Assembly (NCBI GenBank): GCA_024405755.1
Contig: JAKSOD010000002.1
Coordinates: 83,203-147,202, forward strand
DNA length: 64,000 nucleotides
Source: Clostridia bacterium
GTDB taxonomy: Bacteria > Bacillota > Clostridia > Oscillospirales > CAG-272
Direction: 5' to 3'
The first letter of the stretch is position 1; each line of letters begins with the position of its first letter. The position numbers and the translations under genes were made by a program. Positions 60,893 to 64,000 of the stretch are shown here, one piece after another. The notes under the pieces were generated by a model. That model saw only the letters and a list, made by a program, of their open reading frames with translations. It was not told the origin of the DNA and made no database searches.

Positions 60893-62790
60893 AAAAAGCC
60901 TTATCATTTTTCGTCTTTCCGATATCTCTGATTTTGTTATTTACTTCCTGCACACCGCTGAACGGCGGCACGGTTTCCGGTGCCGGGGCGGACATCACTC
61001 ACGATATCACGTTAAATGCGGATATCTCGTCAATGGACTTTGATATCGGAGACGACGACCAAAACAATGCATATGACGCGGAAAACGCAGTCAGGATCAC
61101 ATTCTCCGCTTCCGGTATCTCTTCATCTTCATCAACCGCAGCTGTTGACGGAAATACCGTAACTATATGTAAAGCGGGGACGTATATCCTTTCCGGAAAA
61201 AACGGGAACGCTCGTCTTGCCGTGAATTCCGGTAAAAAAGATAAGATCCGCCTCGTTCTCGACGGACTGGACCTCACATCAACCGACGGTCCCGCAGTTT
61301 ACGTCAAAGAAGCTGGAAAAATCATTGTCACAACCGTCAAAGGAAAGGAAAACTCCCTCTCCGACGGGAAGAATTATACATTTACCGACGAAAATACCAC
61401 TCCCGACGCTGTATTTTTCAGCAGGACAGACCTGACTTTCAACGGAGAAGGAACTCTCAGCGTCAACGGAAATTATAAACACGGTATCGTATCAAAAGAC
61501 GACCTGATAATCACCGGCGGAACACTGCTTGTCAATTCGACATCCACAGGTATCGAGGGCAAGGACAGCGTCAAGATCAGCGGCGGCACTATCACGGTGA
61601 ACTCCGGAACAGACGGCATCCGTACCGCAAAAATTGATGATCCTGCCAAAGGATATATCTTTATCGGAGGTGGAGAAATCAACATCACATCCGGCAACGA
61701 CGGGATTCAGGCGGCAACGGTACTCAACGTCATCGACGGTTCCGTAAGCCTCATCACCGGCGGCGGCAGTGCAAATTCCTCAACGTCTGGCGGAAAAAAC
61801 ACCCCCGGACGGGGAATGGGAGGACCCGAAAAACCTTCCGGCAGCACTTCCGATACCCCCTCCGCCAAGGGGATCAAGGCAGCTTCCGACGTAATTATCT
61901 CCGGCGGAACGTTAAGTATTGATTCTTCCGACGACTCTGTTCATTCCAATACCACGGTAACCGTCTCCGGAGGGACACTGACTATCTCATCCGGAGATGA
62001 CGGGATACACGCGGATTCCGGCCTTTGTGTCAGCGAAGGCACTATAACCATCACAAAAAGTTATGAAGGACTTGAAAGTGCCGATATTGTGATCTCGGGC
62101 GGAAAGATCAGTATCACCGCATCCGACGACGGGATCAACGCCGCAGGCGGAAAAGATTCCTCAGCTGTGGACGGCAGACCCGGTAAGGGGGAATTCGCAC
62201 GCAGCACAGGAACTATCACCATAAGCGGAGGCTATACCGTAGTCAATGCATCCGGAGACGGGATCGACTCCAACGGCACGGTAACCGTAAGCGGAGGCAT
62301 CACACTTGTCAGCGGTCCCACGAACAACGCAAACGCCGCATTCGACTATGAATCATCAGCGGCGGTTTCCGGAGGTATTCTCGTTGCACTCGGAAGTGCC
62401 GGAATGGCGGCGGGATTCACATCAGCGGAAAATCAGGGTGCTATGCTTGTAAACTTCACGTCGGTACAGAAAGCAGGCTCATTTGCCGTCTGTGACAAGG
62501 ACGGCAAGGTTATCGCTTCTTTCAACTGCCCGAAACAGTATTCATCCGCTGTCTTCACTGCCCCCGGCATCAGAAGCGGGAACACCTACACTCTTGTCAG
62601 CGGAGGAACAGTCTCCGATGCCGATCAGAACGGTTTTTCCGAGGGCGGTTCGATCACGGGAGGAACGAGTGTCGCTTCCGTTTCAATGACTTCCGATCTT
62701 TATAATAACGGACGCGGGAATAATCCCGGCAGTCCCGGAGGAATTCCACCCGGAGGACACGGAGTGGTTCCCCCCGGCGGACGAAGATAA
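60889..62790 (+). CDS. lipoprotein with Cthe_2159-like carbohydrate-binding beta-helix repeats
   Basis: GTG 60889 overlaps the DUF4956 stop (GTGA), with AAAGGAG 9 nt upstream. Lipobox LILLFTSC|T. Many repeats of the form ISGGT(L/I)T(I/V)xSGDDGI(H/D/N). Gly/Pro-rich C-terminus. Confidence 0.82.
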   Translation: MKKALSFFVFPISLILLFTSCTPLNGGTVSGAGADITHDITLNADISSMDFDIGDDDQNNAYDAENAVRITFSASGISSSSSTAAVDGNTVTICKAGTYILSGKNGNARLAVNSGKKDKIRLVLDGLDLTSTDGPAVYVKEAGKIIVTTVKGKENSLSDGKNYTFTDENTTPDAVFFSRTDLTFNGEGTLSVNGNYKHGIVSKDDLIITGGTLLVNSTSTGIEGKDSVKISGGTITVNSGTDGIRTAKIDDPAKGYIFIGGGEINITSGNDGIQAATVLNVIDGSVSLITGGGSANSSTSGGKNTPGRGMGGPEKPSGSTSDTPSAKGIKAASDVIISGGTLSIDSSDDSVHSNTTVTVSGGTLTISSGDDGIHADSGLCVSEGTITITKSYEGLESADIVISGGKISITASDDGINAAGGKDSSAVDGRPGKGEFARSTGTITISGGYTVVNASGDGIDSNGTVTVSGGITLVSGPTNNANAAFDYESSAAVSGGILVALGSAGMAAGFTSAENQGAMLVNFTSVQKAGSFAVCDKDGKVIASFNCPKQYSSAVFTAPGIRSGNTYTLVSGGTVSDADQNGFSEGGSITGGTSVASVSMTSDLYNNGRGNNPGSPGGIPPGGHGVVPPGGRR

Positions 62791-62809
62791 TGACAAAAAA
62801 GAAAAACGG

Positions 62810-62847
62810 CGGCAGACGGATAAAAAACACGTCTGCCGTTTGTTTTT
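62810..62847 (+). terminator. intrinsic terminator after the beta-helix lipoprotein gene
   Basis: The ggcagacg (62811-62818) / cgtctgcc (62830-62837) stem is followed by GTTTGTTTTTG. Confidence 0.7.
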
Positions 62848-62892
62848 GCCGTCTCGCGACGAAATAAGCAGAACAAAAATTAAAAACAAATA

Positions 62893-62921
62893 TTGACTTG
62901 ACACTCATTTTGTGGTATCTT
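62893..62921 (+). promoter_or_regulatory. sigma-A-type promoter for the VanY-like gene
   Basis: TTGACT (62893-62898), 17-nt spacer, TGgTATCTT (62916-62921). Confidence 0.6.
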
Positions 62922-62975
62922 AGATTCAGTCAACCAAAGCGTCGAAAAACGCTGGCATAAAAAACAAAATTTGAA

Positions 62976-64000
62976 ATGAAAATAATGAATGAAAAAAAGA
63001 ACATCAACCCGCATGCTGCAAATCACAGACCGGCGATGCTGCCGTCAATTCTTATAATAACCGTCGCCGCTCTTCTCATACTCACTTCATGCAGCGTGAC
63101 GATAAATACCGGATACGGAACGGATACTGCCGGTTTCTCCGCCGTGGATACTTCTGTCACAGTCCATGGCGATACTTCTTCCATACCCGACAGAACAAAT
63201 TCCGATCCCGTCACAGATACAGATCACACAGCCGGTGAATCATCTGTTCCGCAGACCGATCCGTCCCCCGCATCGACTGTACTTTCTCCCGAAACCACCG
63301 TACTTTCTCCCACAACCGGCGTTCTTCCTCCGGAAACCACCGTTCCCGTACCTGTAACCAAACCGTATCCGACGGAAGACTCCGATCCCGCAAAGACTGT
63401 TGATTTCGGAGCATGGTATTTGCAGCTCGTCAATCCGTGGAATTATCTTGATCAGAAATATATCGCCACAATAGAGGTAACTGCAATAAGATCCGGAGGG
63501 TATTCGATCGACTCCCGCTGTGCGGACGATTACAAACAGATGATCAAGGACTGCAAAGCTGCCGGAAACGACCCGGTCGTGTGTTCGGGATTCCGCTCTC
63601 AGGCGACGCAGGAAAAACTGTTTGCAAATATGCAGAACAAATATATCGCGCAGGGAATGAGCGAAGCCGAATCCTATGCTCTTACTGCAAAATCAGTAGC
63701 GATTCCCGGGACAAGCGAGCATCAGCTCGGCCTTGCCGTCGATATTGTATCCAACAGCAACTGGAATCTTAACGAATCGCAGGAAAAGACCGGAACTCAG
63801 AAATGGCTGATGGCAAACAGTTGGAAATACGGCTTTATCCTCCGATATCCGAGCGACAAATCCGAAATCACGGGAATTAAATACGAGCCGTGGCATTACC
63901 GGTATGTAGGCAGAGCCGCCGCAGCTGAGATATATGAACTCGGAGTCTGCCTTGAAGAATATCTTGCCATGCACGGTATCCCGTTCAATACGGAAGAAAA
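62976..64000 (+). CDS. D-alanyl-D-alanine carboxypeptidase, VanY / peptidase M15B family lipoprotein (3' end outside the window)
   Basis: Absent from the ORF track because no stop occurs before the window end. Reading from ATG 62976 gives MKIMNEKKNINPHAANHRPAMLPSILIITVAALLILTSC|S (lipobox), a Thr/Pro-rich linker, then SGFRSQATQEKLF, PGTSEHQLGLAVD and YEPWHYRYVG (M15B zinc-site motifs). Confidence 0.88.
   Translation, partial: MKIMNEKKNINPHAANHRPAMLPSILIITVAALLILTSCSVTINTGYGTDTAGFSAVDTSVTVHGDTSSIPDRTNSDPVTDTDHTAGESSVPQTDPSPASTVLSPETTVLSPTTGVLPPETTVPVPVTKPYPTEDSDPAKTVDFGAWYLQLVNPWNYLDQKYIATIEVTAIRSGGYSIDSRCADDYKQMIKDCKAAGNDPVVCSGFRSQATQEKLFANMQNKYIAQGMSEAESYALTAKSVAIPGTSEHQLGLAVDIVSNSNWNLNESQEKTGTQKWLMANSWKYGFILRYPSDKSEITGIKYEPWHYRYVGRAAAAEIYELGVCLEEYLAMHGIPFNTEE
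63270..63353 (+). repeat. four imperfect 21-bp tandem repeats encoding (A/E/T)(S/T)T(V/G)(L/V/P)(S/P/V)P in the VanY-like linker
   Basis: gcatcgactgtactttctccc | gaaaccaccgtactttctccc | acaaccggcgttcttcctccg | gaaaccaccgttcccgtacct. Confidence 0.8.

Noticed and set aside
1-64000. Search for CRISPR arrays, transposases, integrases, phage genes, toxin-antitoxin pairs, and rRNA/tRNA genes
   Set aside because: I saw no regularly spaced ~30-bp repeats, no recombinase or transposase motifs in any ORF, and no tRNA-like T-arm/cloverleaf sequences in the intergenic gaps. Formal tRNAscan, Rfam and defence-system scans were not possible here.

Overview
This window looks like a core chromosomal segment of a spore-forming Clostridia-type Firmicute (roughly 50% GC by eye). 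I found no rRNA, tRNA, CRISPR array or mobile element. About 60 tightly packed genes sit in long co-directional blocks. Block 2.2-24.1 kb (minus): rpsU, leuS, rsfS, an LCP protein, yqeK, nadD, yhbY, rdgB, ftsY, smc, an ELP3-like radical SAM gene, rnc, plsX, trmFO, topA, dprA, a TrmH-family methyltransferase, rplT, rpmI, infC. Block 24.9-33.6 kb (plus): lon, engB, an M50 protease, scpA, scpB, a DUF2953 gene, ytfJ/gerW, a dacB-like gene, rluB. Block 34.1-41.5 kb (minus): dnaC/dnaI-like, dnaD-like, rex, tsaD, rimI, a lipoprotein, comEB, galU, spoVT. Block 49.5-58.1 kb (minus): nifS-like, a lipoprotein, ynbB, murI, three tandem M42 peptidases, murD. Two stretches look accessory. At 41.7-49.5 kb there is a beta-helix lipoprotein, a PH-domain protein, a GH73-like surface protein with an unusual C-terminal anchor, and a MoxR-DUF58-DUF4129 module. 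At 59.4-64 kb there is a translationally coupled VTC-domain / DUF4956 / Cthe_2159-like beta-helix lipoprotein operon, followed by a VanY-type peptidase. The most interesting items are: (1) the uncharacterised VTC-DUF4956-beta-helix operon, a possible polyphosphate-linked envelope system, with a 14-bp direct-repeat operator over its promoter; (2) an orphan promoter / structured ~115-nt RNA / double-terminator unit in the 808-bp infC-lon divergent intergenic region; (3) infC starting at AUA behind an L20-leader-like structured 5' UTR; (4) the MoxR module next to the oddly anchored surface glycosidase-like protein. All functional calls rest on motif recognition by eye. No database search or RNA folding was run.
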